Positions 1 to 8,741 of a DNA stretch of 32,000 nt are shown here, one piece after another. Origin of the DNA: an uncultured Chloroflexia bacterium (lineage in GTDB: Bacteria > Chloroflexota > Anaerolineae > Anaerolineales > Anaerolineaceae); the NCBI GenBank assembly GCA_963704755.1, contig OY969938.1:3690001-3722000 (forward strand). The letters run 5' to 3'. Numbering within the stretch: the first letter of the stretch is position 1; each line of letters begins with the position of its first letter. Position numbers and translations under genes: made by a program. The notes below the pieces were generated by a model. It did not search any database. It had not been told where the DNA came from and was given only the letters and a program-made list of their open reading frames with translations.

Positions 1-424
1 ATTTGCGAGCCACGGATTCGACTGAAGATTTCAATCCCTGCCTTTCTCAGATATCCGTTTTTGGGATCTGAATAAGTGTTTTGAAAGGATCATGTATTGT
101 GAAACCATTTATTCCATTTTAGCGAGCCAAGAGATTCATGACAACGGCGAAAGTGGTAATTTCTTTTGGCGTATTTACCAGTTCTCTTTGTTGACAATGA
201 AAACTCTTTCTTATTCCCACTCGATTTACTTGAGAAAAGTATTGATTGATTTATATTAGCTTTTTGAACGATTCAACCAATAATTAGGTCAATATACCTA
301 AAGGTCGGTAAACCTAAAATGAACTATTTTACTTCTACCACATGCACTTTACGCCAGTCGCCGTAAATGAGAAATTACTCTGGATAAATTACTACGAAAC
401 AAATCTTATTTAATCCTTATGAAA

Positions 425-477
425 ACCACTCGCATTGTAATTTCTGTTATAATAATTAAAATTACAATGCGAGTGGT
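425..477. repeat. 19-bp perfect inverted repeat (ACCACTCGCATTGTAATTT / AAATTACAATGCGAGTGGT) with a 15-nt AT-rich spacer, ending 5 nt before the ATPase ATG
   Basis: Read directly: 425-443 is the exact reverse complement of 459-477. Function is unknown (operator, translational hairpin or element end). Confidence 0.6.
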
Positions 478-481
478 AGTC

Positions 482-1967
482 ATGATAGAATCCCCACCAT
501 TTGTCGGTAGAATAGCTGAATTAAACCTGCTGGATGACCTGTACGCCAGCAATAAATCTGAATTTCTGGTTCTTTACGGTCGGCGTCGTGTAGGAAAAAC
601 AAGGCTGTTAACCGAATGGCTCACGACCCGGAAGATCAAACCCATCTTCTTTGTTTCCGAACAAGATTTCAAGAGAATCATTACTGCGCCAGTTTTCGCA
701 AATAGTTTACAAGAAAGCATTCCCGACTTTACCCGTACCCGAATCATTTTCGTTTGCCAATTGGGGCCAGGTCTGGAACCAGATCGGCGAGCTTGCCAAA
801 GGGGAAAGGTTGGTTGTATTCATCGATGAATTTACTTACATGATGGCCGCAGATCCGACCCTCGCCAGCAATCTGCAACGCGCCTGGGATGCTGCATTAG
901 AAAATGCCAATATTTTCCTGTGTATTTCCGGTTCCCATTTAGTTATGATGGTTCGAGGGATATTATCCGGAACTGCGCCATTGTATGGGAGAACCACAGC
1001 CAAAATGGAATTGAAACCGCTTCCTTTTGGCATCACAAAGTCATATTTTAAGCGCTATCCAGCTCCTGAAAGGGTCATGCTCTATTCCGTTTTTGGCGGC
1101 ATTCCCCACTATTGGCGGCTGATTGACCAGAATAAATCTGTTTCGGACAATATCAAGCGCTTATTGTTGTCACCGGGCGGAAATTTGAAGGATGAACCGC
1201 GTATTCTTTTGAACGATTACATCAGTGATCCCAATAATTATATTGCCATCCTACGAGCAATAGCGAATGGATACGCTACACCTAAGGAGATTGAAAATTT
1301 TACCGGGATTCCCAATTTCCACCTGTCACAATATATTTCCAACTTGGTAAGCACAGGATATGTGGTCAAAAAAATGCCTGTTACGGCAGGACTTTCTTCC
1401 AGAGCAGGGCGGCATACAATTACCGACCCATTTTTGCGGTTCTATTACCGTTTTATTCATTCCAGGCTGACCCAGTTGGAAATGGGTGAAATTGACCAAA
1501 CTCTGGAAGAGCTCCAAAAGCATATGGTGGATTATATCGGTACATATACATGGGAAGAAATTTGTCGCGAATGGACTATCCGGGCAAGCAATCGTGGAGT
1601 CCTACCTCTCTATCCTGATCGAGTAGAAAGCGATTGGGGAAAAGACCACCAGGTGGATGTCGTCGGCATTAATACGATGAAAAAGCACCTGATCTTAGGC
1701 GAATGTAAATGGATTAAAGAACGTGGAAAGGCAACCATTTTACAGGAACTTGTTGAGAAAAAAACGCCCAAAGTCGTTCCAACTTCCGGCAACTGGCAAG
1801 TCTACTTCCTTGGGTTCTCGCGTGAGGGGTGGAATGAAAATGCTGTTGGATATGTGAGGAATTTTTCTCAATCCCCTCCAACGGGTACAAATTGGACAGG
1901 GCAAGGAATCCGGTTACTCACGCTGGATGATGTGGATACGGACCTGTGCGAATGGGCAAATTCATAG
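482..1967 (+). pseudogene. AAA+ ATP-binding protein of the archaeal-ATPase/DUF234 family, split by a 1-nt frameshift near 660-668
   Basis: Walker A (YGRRRVGKT) lies in the frame of ORF 419..829, with a likely start at ATG 482 (MIESPPFVGR). Walker B (LVVFIDEF) and the DUF234-like C-terminus (VDVVGIN..LILGECKW) lie in the frame of ORF 651..1967. The two frames overlap, and the protein reads continuously as ..KPIFFVSEQ / ISRESLLRQFS if one base is skipped. A sequencing error cannot be excluded. Confidence 0.6.
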
Positions 1968-2248
1968 TTCTTTTCCTTTCACAAATCATCTTTTAGCATT
2001 AGTTTTTTTATGTAACCAAACATTTTTCTTCCCCCTGCGATTGGCCCTTTCCTATCGTTATACTCACGTCGCAATATCCTGAATAAGGGCTCTATTGTCT
2101 ACTAAACCCATCAATGTACATAGAACAGCGGTTTTGGAAATCAAAACTGCCGTACTTAAATGGTATGTCTATTTACGGCATAACGAATCCCTGCCAAACA
2201 ACGGTTTTTTCGCTGGCTTGGCTTTTTTTTGCCGTATTTTTTGTGGTA

Positions 2249-2277
2249 AAACTTCGGGCCAACTTGGCCCGAAGTTT
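2249..2277. terminator. Palindromic hairpin AAACTTCGGGCCAA-C-TTGGCCCGAAGTTT downstream of the permease gene (bidirectional terminator candidate)
   Basis: 14-nt arms are exact reverse complements, with T/A runs on both sides. It lies about 80 nt past the stop of the minus-strand permease. Confidence 0.55.
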
Positions 2278-2354
2278 AATTGTCTTTGACTATGCTTGTG
2301 AATCACTTGACCTGGTTATTTTTGATATTCTATCAAGCAATAATTGGTATCGAA

Positions 2355-4940
2355 TCAAGTCATATCATCCCGAAGCGCGTCAATAATATTTTCTCTTTTT
2401 ATTTTGCTAATGGCATACATCATGGTGACAAAGATTACAAGAAGCACGCTGAACATGCTGATTCCGAAACTGGCCCACGGTACCACAAAATGGATATTGT
2501 CCGCCCCGCCTGCGACCATCCCTTTATAGATCAGCCAGGAGAAGATCATTGCCAGGGGAAGCCCGTAAAGCAGCGCTCTCAGGCCATAAAAAGCACATTC
2601 GAAGCGCATCATTTTATTGAAATTGCGATCGGACATCCCCACCGAGCGGAGCATGGCAAGCTCCCGACGGCGCAGTTTGATATTCGTGGAAATCGTGTTG
2701 AACACATTGGCAACCGCAATCAACGATATCATGACGATAAACGTATATGCGAACACATTGGCAATGAATATCATGTTACGATTCTGATCGAGCATTTCGG
2801 ACGTATTCAAAATGATGTATGCGGTTTTGATTCCCGCGTCCTGGATCATCGCTTTCATTTCGTCCATCGATTGCATTGGATTGGTCGACTGAAAGGTCAT
2901 GCCTTTGACCAGGGTATTTCTCGTGGTATCGGAAGGAGCAAGCTTTTCCTTGAGCGAATAGGGACTTATTACCCAAAAAGCGTAGGGTCGCCGTTCGGAG
3001 GTGCCTATCATCGGGGGCGTGTCAGGCAACACGACATTGACAAACGTAATGTTCACGTTTTGCCCTTGTTCCGTTTGCGGCTTGCCATTTATTTCAGGCG
3101 CAATGGCAAAACTCGCGGAAGAACTTTTGAACAGATCGCTAAGCTGATCACCCCCGTTCTCCGTATTGCTGTTTCCCTGTATTTTGGCCACGGCGATCAT
3201 TTTAGCATTTTGTCCGGTATATTCCTCCGTAGGCAGCCCCAGGCTTTTGATCATATTCAGATAGGTGCTGTCGTCAAGAAACTGGACGTTCATTGGCAGA
3301 TTCACGGTTTCACCCGGTGTATGTGCGCCTGCAAATTCCCAGTAAGTGTCCGATAGCTTGTCTGCCTGAATGGCAGCAGAATACATCATAATCACCTGGT
3401 ATGAGCTGCCGGTAACGCCATTGGCGGTCTTCAGTTTGTCGTAAAGTTGCAGCAATTCGCTGTCGCTCATATCCTGTGTGCCAAAACCGATATCATAGGT
3501 AGTGACCACTTTTGCCGGCTCCGATGCCTGACTCAAATCCGTTACAAAAGCAGTAGCCGATACAAAAAGCACAATGCTCAAAACGAGTGACAGCACAATA
3601 CTGCGATAACGCCTTTTATTTCTTTTGAAATTCTTTAGCGCAAGGATTCCCTCCAGGCCGTAAACACGTTCCGCGAGTTTTGAAGTTTTCACGGCTTTGG
3701 ATTCGATTTTGATCTCATTCGTCTGGCGAATACTCTCCATCACCGGCGTGCTTGCGGCCTTACGAGCCGGGATATAGGCTGAGATCAAAATGGTGACCAT
3801 GCTGACCACCGCCGCAGCGCCAATGGCGGGGAAGGATACCGTCAAGGTTAACGGGACGTTCTTGTAGAGAATGTTGGTGAAATTTTTGGCGACAACCGAA
3901 AGCACCACCCCCATGCTGCCTATCCCAACGATAACGCCGATCGGTATGCCGACCGCGCCGATACAGAGCCCCTCAAACAACACCGAATAGCGCAGTTGTT
4001 TTGCGGTAGCCCCTACCGACGAGAGAATCCCGAACTGGTGCATGCGCTCATTCATGGAGATGTTGAATGAATTGTAAATCAGGAAAATCGAGCCAATCAT
4101 GATAATCGCTATCACGATGCCGCCAACCGAGTAAAGTAATGCGTTGAAAATATTATCGGACGAAAGCCCCATGAAACGCAGCACATCATTGTTCAAGATG
4201 TAAGCATGGCTTCCGGCCGTGCTTTTTGCGTAAGCATAAACTTCACGTGGGTTTTTCAGGGTGACAAACAAGCTGAAATCATCCGTCGGGTTTCCGGCAT
4301 CTGCGGCTGTGACGATGGTGTATCCCGGTGCAGAATCCTCCTCAAAGTGGGGCGTTTGGTAAATGCCAACCACCGTGTATGTCCTCTCAGCTTTTGAGAC
4401 AAGGGTTTCTTTCCCGGAAATGTAAGGATCGTGTTGACCGAGCTTCTCGCTTCCGTCCATGCGATTCCCAACAGCAAGAGCAAGCGTGTCGCCCACCTTG
4501 AACTGAACGCCCCCCTTCGTCAAGACACTCCCCGGAATAAGAACTTCCTCGTTGTTTTTTGGCAGCCTGCCTGATACCAATGTTAAGGGCAAGGTATCAA
4601 AGGCTTTCTCCGTGAACCCGGCGATAAAGAGATATGGTTTGTTGGCGCTCTTCCCGCCGTCAAGTTTTGCGTAACCGATATTTTCAAATGTCGCTATGTT
4701 TGCCACTTTGCCGTTACTTGCCTGTTTTTCTACAAAGGAAGAGTTCACATCCTCAAATTCGACCTGCCAGCCGCCGTATTTCTGGGCCGCGCCGTTGGCC
4801 ATATAGTTCAGCAGAGAAACGCCAAAGTTGGCGACAGCCGTAATCATTCCGGCGGAAAGGACGACGCCAATTATCGTGACAATGGTGCGGGTACGGCTTT
4901 TTCTCATGCTTTGTAGGGTGACTTTGTTGAAAATGTTCAT
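2355..4940 (-). CDS. ABC transporter permease, FtsX/MacB-type, duplicated (861 aa)
   Basis: An N-terminal TM is followed by a large hydrophilic domain and a TM bundle, and this pattern occurs twice. This matches two fused FtsX-type modules. Its start overlaps the ATPase stop (ATGA at 4937-4940), indicating translational coupling. Confidence 0.85.
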   Translation of the reverse strand: MNIFNKVTLQSMRKSRTRTIVTIIGVVLSAGMITAVANFGVSLLNYMANGAAQKYGGWQVEFEDVNSSFVEKQASNGKVANIATFENIGYAKLDGGKSANKPYLFIAGFTEKAFDTLPLTLVSGRLPKNNEEVLIPGSVLTKGGVQFKVGDTLALAVGNRMDGSEKLGQHDPYISGKETLVSKAERTYTVVGIYQTPHFEEDSAPGYTIVTAADAGNPTDDFSLFVTLKNPREVYAYAKSTAGSHAYILNNDVLRFMGLSSDNIFNALLYSVGGIVIAIIMIGSIFLIYNSFNISMNERMHQFGILSSVGATAKQLRYSVLFEGLCIGAVGIPIGVIVGIGSMGVVLSVVAKNFTNILYKNVPLTLTVSFPAIGAAAVVSMVTILISAYIPARKAASTPVMESIRQTNEIKIESKAVKTSKLAERVYGLEGILALKNFKRNKRRYRSIVLSLVLSIVLFVSATAFVTDLSQASEPAKVVTTYDIGFGTQDMSDSELLQLYDKLKTANGVTGSSYQVIMMYSAAIQADKLSDTYWEFAGAHTPGETVNLPMNVQFLDDSTYLNMIKSLGLPTEEYTGQNAKMIAVAKIQGNSNTENGGDQLSDLFKSSSASFAIAPEINGKPQTEQGQNVNITFVNVVLPDTPPMIGTSERRPYAFWVISPYSLKEKLAPSDTTRNTLVKGMTFQSTNPMQSMDEMKAMIQDAGIKTAYIILNTSEMLDQNRNMIFIANVFAYTFIVMISLIAVANVFNTISTNIKLRRRELAMLRSVGMSDRNFNKMMRFECAFYGLRALLYGLPLAMIFSWLIYKGMVAGGADNIHFVVPWASFGISMFSVLLVIFVTMMYAISKIKRENIIDALRDDMT

Positions 4941-5623
4941 GGCCGTAGCATCCTCTCATCCCGCGTCACCTTGCCGTCTGATATACCGATGATGCGATGT
5001 GCCTGCAAAGCGATATTTTCGTCGTGAGTGATCAGGATCAGGGTCTGCCCATATTTTTGATTGCTTTCTTTCAGCAGTTTGATGATTTCATGCCCATTCC
5101 GGCTGTCCAAACTACCCGTGGGTTCATCGGCAAGCATGACCGCCGGGGCGTTCATCAAGGCTCGACCGATGGAAACCCGCTGTTGTTGACCGCCCGAAAG
5201 CTGATTGGGTAAATGCGTTTTGCGATCTTGCAACCCAAGCATATCGAGCAGGTCATTCAGCCGTTCCTGGTTGACCTGGCGCCTGTCCATCAATACGGGC
5301 AAGGTGATGTTTTCTACCACGTTCAGCGTGGGAATGAGGTTGTGAAACTGGTAAATCAGCCCAACCTGCCGCCTGCGGAAAATGGCGAGTTTTTCATTGT
5401 TTTGGGCATAGACGTCCTGGCCGTCCAGGTACACCTTCCCGCTTGTCGGTACGTCGACGCCACCGATGATGTGCAGCAATGTGGATTTACCGGAGCCGGA
5501 TGAACCGATGATGGAGGTAAACTCTCCCTTTTCGATGTTTAGCGAAACGTGATCAAGTGCAGTGACCTGGTTTTCGCCTTTGCCGTAAACCTTGCATAGA
5601 TTTTCAACTTTCAAAAACTCCAT
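4937..5623 (-). CDS. ABC transporter ATP-binding protein (MacB/BceA-like)
   Basis: Walker A GSSGSGKST, signature LSGGQQQR, Walker B MLADEPTG, H-loop ITHD. Confidence 0.92.
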   Translation of the reverse strand: MEFLKVENLCKVYGKGENQVTALDHVSLNIEKGEFTSIIGSSGSGKSTLLHIIGGVDVPTSGKVYLDGQDVYAQNNEKLAIFRRRQVGLIYQFHNLIPTLNVVENITLPVLMDRRQVNQERLNDLLDMLGLQDRKTHLPNQLSGGQQQRVSIGRALMNAPAVMLADEPTGSLDSRNGHEIIKLLKESNQKYGQTLILITHDENIALQAHRIIGISDGKVTRDERMLRP

Positions 5624-5705
5624 TATGTGAGTCTCCTTTATAGCGTACTACCCATATAATAGAATTTTCTACTTACATTTCTGTGACGAGCAGGTGAGAG
5701 ATCAG

Positions 5706-6701
5706 TCACTTTGGGAATCGAATAACGAATATCGCGCCTCCCTGTGGATGATTTTTTGCGGTAATCGTCCCTCCTTGCCGAGTGATTATCGTCTTGCACA
5801 GGGCTAAGCCAATCCCGTATCCTGTAGCGTTCGAATTTTTCCCACGATAAAACCGGTCAAACAGGTAAGGCAAATCTTCTTTTTCGAAGCCCGCGCCGCT
5901 GTCGTGGATGGCGATCTCGGTAAATAACGGGTTGTCCAGGCAAATAATCTCAATCTTTCCGTGCTCTCCTGCACTTTCAAGACAATTCTTGAGCACGTTT
6001 TGAATTGCTTCCGAAAGCCAACCGGCATCACCCTGAATAGTCATCGCCTTTGGCGCATCTACCTGCACATTCATAGCACGCAGTTCCATTGGGATCAGGA
6101 ACGGGCGAAGCGCAGCGCCGATCAAGTCGTTTACATCTATCCGGTCGCTTTGGAACGTCACAATGCCCGCGTCCAGGCGGGATAATTTCAAAAGGGAGGT
6201 AATCAGCCAATCCATGCGCAGCAGCAATTCCTCGGTTTCCCGCACAAATGCTTTCCGCTCATTCTCATCCGGGTTATTGGCTAACAATGACAGGATAAGG
6301 TTGGCGGACGTGAGCGGGGTGCGGAGTTGGTGAGCGATGTCGGCCAGCGATTCGGCCAGGTGTTCTTTTTCCTTTTTCAGCGCGTCGTTTTGCTCCCGAA
6401 TACGCAGCATCATTTTTGTGATCTCGCTGTGCAGAATGGAAAGTTCACCCTCGTCCGATTCACCGATGTACAGATGGTCGGCATTATGAAGTACCAGGTC
6501 GATTTGATTTGAGATTTGCGCAATGCTTTCGTACCGGGTTTTGGTAAACAAGAAAAACGCTGTGCCAAAGGCGACGACAGAAGCAATGGCTACGATTCCG
6601 GCCGTGGTATTGATGGCAAATTCCAGCATTACAGCAACGGCGGCGATTATGGCGAACAAAATGGCAAACCGCAGCAACTCTCTATTCCGAAGCATACTCA
6701 C
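5706..6701 (-). CDS. Sensor histidine kinase, intramembrane-sensing type (two N-terminal TMs, no sizeable extracytoplasmic domain)
   Basis: H-box IAHQLRTPLTS, G1 HDSGAGF, G2 GYGIGLALCK. Two hydrophobic helices lie in the first ~55 aa. The ORF overlaps the end of the response regulator gene. Confidence 0.85.
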   Translation of the reverse strand: MSMLRNRELLRFAILFAIIAAVAVMLEFAINTTAGIVAIASVVAFGTAFFLFTKTRYESIAQISNQIDLVLHNADHLYIGESDEGELSILHSEITKMMLRIREQNDALKKEKEHLAESLADIAHQLRTPLTSANLILSLLANNPDENERKAFVRETEELLLRMDWLITSLLKLSRLDAGIVTFQSDRIDVNDLIGAALRPFLIPMELRAMNVQVDAPKAMTIQGDAGWLSEAIQNVLKNCLESAGEHGKIEIICLDNPLFTEIAIHDSGAGFEKEDLPYLFDRFYRGKNSNATGYGIGLALCKTIITRQGGTITAKNHPQGGAIFVIRFPK

Positions 6702-7368
6702 CCCCCAACCGGTACCCCGTCCCGCGAACGGTCAGAATAATTTGCGGGTTGGCGGGGTCGTTCTCGATCTTCTCTCGCAAGCGCTTGATATATACGGTCA
6801 ACGTATTGTCGTTGACAAACTCGCCCGCCGCGTCCCACAATTCGTCAAGTAACTTGACCCGTGTGAGAACACTTTTTGGGTGATTGATAAACACCAGCAA
6901 CAGGCGATACTCTAAGGCTGAAAGAAAAACCTCGTTACCGTCTTTTGTCACAACGCCGCTGGCCGTATCGACATGCAGCCCGCGAATGTTAAAATCCGAC
7001 TCGGATTGGCCTCTTTTTCGCAGGGCGGTTGCAATGCGAGCGATCAATTCACGCGGACGAAAGGGCTTGGTGATATAGTCATCCGCGCCCATATTTAACC
7101 CGGTCACAACGCTCGCTTCATCGCCAGAAGCCGTCAGAAAGATAACGGGAATATCTTGCGTTGCTTTGATTTCCGTGCAGACTGCAAAGCCATTTCCGTC
7201 AGGCAATGAAATGTCGACCAACGCCAGGTCAAATTTATTTCCGGCAAGCGCGGCAAGGGCATCCTTCCGCGTAGAGGCGTGGATGACCGTAAATCCCTCC
7301 GAGCGGAGCAAAAGTATCAGGTTTTTAGCGATTTCCTTATCGTCCTCAACCAGAAATATTCGTGGCAT
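6682..7368 (-). CDS. OmpR/PhoB-family response regulator
   Basis: Receiver domain (IFLVEDD, LVDISLPDGNG, TASGD, KPF) plus a winged-helix output (LTVRGTGYRL). ATG at 7368 is preceded by GGAGG with an 8-nt spacer. The ORF track extends to an upstream ATG at 7395. Confidence 0.85.
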   Translation of the reverse strand: MPRIFLVEDDKEIAKNLILLLRSEGFTVIHASTRKDALAALAGNKFDLALVDISLPDGNGFAVCTEIKATQDIPVIFLTASGDEASVVTGLNMGADDYITKPFRPRELIARIATALRKRGQSESDFNIRGLHVDTASGVVTKDGNEVFLSALEYRLLLVFINHPKSVLTRVKLLDELWDAAGEFVNDNTLTVYIKRLREKIENDPANPQIILTVRGTGYRLGGEYASE

Positions 7369-7676
7369 TTGTCGGACCTCCATTTTCTTATCCACACTCG
7401 CAAGTTGTTCTACTCTTAATCAGCCAGGCCCTGTCAAGAGTTGACTGGCGGCTTGTAGGCCCAGATAGCTTTCATCACTTTAAATTCTGCGTCGTGAAGC
7501 CTTTTCAAATAATCACTCTTTCTACTGGCATAACCCATTCCGCGCGGATTCATACGATTGATTGGATTGGCCCCAGCACAGCCCCAGCGATAGAGTGATT
7601 TGAAACCAGATTTCTCGCGACGTGAAGCATGCCATTCTTACATCATACATTCTTGCCCGTAAATTGACCATCCCAG

Positions 7677-7940
7677 GTGCAGGTTTCCCTCAGCAATGGA
7701 AGTTCTGTAAAGGAACATCAGTTCCTGGAATTAACCGATCGAGAAAGGGAGATTCTGGCCTTGTTCGTTCAAGGGTGCACAAATCCCGAGATTGCAGACC
7801 GCTTGATGCTTAGTCATCAAGCGGTCAGAAATGAGGTTTCAATTCTTACTGATAGCCATGGGAATGAGTATTTTGCTACTATTAAAGATCGCTCTAATCG
7901 TGAGGTTAAAACTTTTATCTGTGCTCAAAAAGTATTTTAG
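7677..7940 (+). CDS. Short LuxR-type HTH protein, probably a truncated remnant of a NarL/FixJ-type regulator
   Basis: LTDREREILALFVQGCTNPEIADRLMLSHQAVRNEVS matches the LuxR_C-like HTH pattern. There is no receiver domain, and the sequence after the HTH diverges from the family. No convincing RBS was seen. Confidence 0.35.
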   Translation: MQVSLSNGSSVKEHQFLELTDREREILALFVQGCTNPEIADRLMLSHQAVRNEVSILTDSHGNEYFATIKDRSNREVKTFICAQKVF

Positions 7941-8026
7941 GCTCTTCCTTTTCTAACGTAAAAATTCGGGCAAACTATTTGGCGCACTGTACTTGACCAA
8001 CGCGAGGTGAAAGTCACTAATATCTA

Positions 8027-8605
8027 TTAAGGGTTGGAATTACCAGCCAATCCATAGAAAAACAGGCCGTTTAAATCAATACGTGCTTCTTTTGGAATAT
8101 TCGGTTGGGTCAGGAGTGTCCTGAGGGTATTAACGTATAACAGGATGGCCTCATTGGAATAGTGATTATTAATAAAGCCTTCCGCTCTACCCTGTTCCAC
8201 CAGACGTAAAATAAAAGGTTCGGATATCTTTTTTGAATATGCAACTAACTTGTCGAGAATCATGGGATCAATGCTAAGCGCGGATTCAAATAATTCTGGG
8301 CTGGTTTGGCGGGTGGCTTCGTCTGTCATGAAAAGCAGCTTTTCAACTTTTTCGCGAAAAGGGATCTCGCTTTCCAAGATTGTCTCACTTGCTTTTACGC
8401 CTTCTTCGACAAAGGCTAATATGGTTTCCCGCACTAAATTCTCTTTGCTTTGGAAAAAATTATAGATGCTTGCCTGAGAAACGCCGGCCTTTTTTGCGAT
8501 TTCTGCGGTAGTTACATCCTTTATTCCCCGAGCTAAAAATAGATCCCAGGCTGCTGCCAGGATGCTTTTCATCTTTTTTTCTCTGCGGCGTTGAAATCCA
8601 TCCAT
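8027..8605 (-). CDS. TetR/AcrR-family transcriptional regulator
   Basis: N-terminal HTH TTAEIAKKAGVSQASIYNFFQSKENL. GAGGAGG lies 5 nt upstream of ATG 8605. Confidence 0.85.
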   Translation of the reverse strand: MDGFQRRREKKMKSILAAAWDLFLARGIKDVTTAEIAKKAGVSQASIYNFFQSKENLVRETILAFVEEGVKASETILESEIPFREKVEKLLFMTDEATRQTSPELFESALSIDPMILDKLVAYSKKISEPFILRLVEQGRAEGFINNHYSNEAILLYVNTLRTLLTQPNIPKEARIDLNGLFFYGLAGNSNP

Positions 8606-8632
8606 TGGATCCTCCTCTCTTTATGTTAACCG

Positions 8633-8723
8633 AAATTATAGAATAACACAACCGTAGATTCTATATCTATTGACAGTACCGCTAAAAAGTTATAGAATGA
8701 GACAGGCGAATATTCTATAATTT
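8633..8723. promoter_or_regulatory. Divergent promoter region with two copies of the palindromic operator TATAGAAT-N13-ATTCTATA, plus a sigma70-like promoter for the hydrolase gene
   Basis: TATAGAAT occurs at 8637-8644 and 8691-8698. ATTCTATA occurs at 8658-8665 and 8712-8719. Both pairs have 13-nt spacers. TTGACA (8670-8675) - 17 nt - TAGAAT (8693-8698) points toward 8742, and the -10 lies inside operator 2. Confidence 0.6.
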
Positions 8724-8741
8724 TCAAAATGAGGAATGATT

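Noticed and set aside
419-481. Upstream extension of the ATPase ORF (MKTTRIVISVIIIKITMRVVV..)
   Set aside because: This segment is the translation of the 19-bp inverted repeat and its AT-rich spacer. The family-typical N-terminus begins at MIESPPFVGR (482).
2280-3356. Large antisense ORFs inside real genes (e.g. 2280..3356+, 11937..12776-, 12987..13445-, 14425..15366+, 15931..16485+, 16917..17456+, 17900..18544+, 21397..21803+, 27550..28110-, 29895..30458+, 30471..30956-, 30835..31227+)
   Set aside because: These are shadow ORFs typical of GC-rich coding regions. Their translations are low-complexity (R/G/P/H-rich), and the opposite strand carries genes with unambiguous motifs.
7362-7813. 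ORFs 7362..7598(+) and 7622..7813(+)
   Set aside because: The first is antisense to the response-regulator start and promoter region. The second is an out-of-frame overlap with the LuxR-HTH ORF. Neither has motifs.
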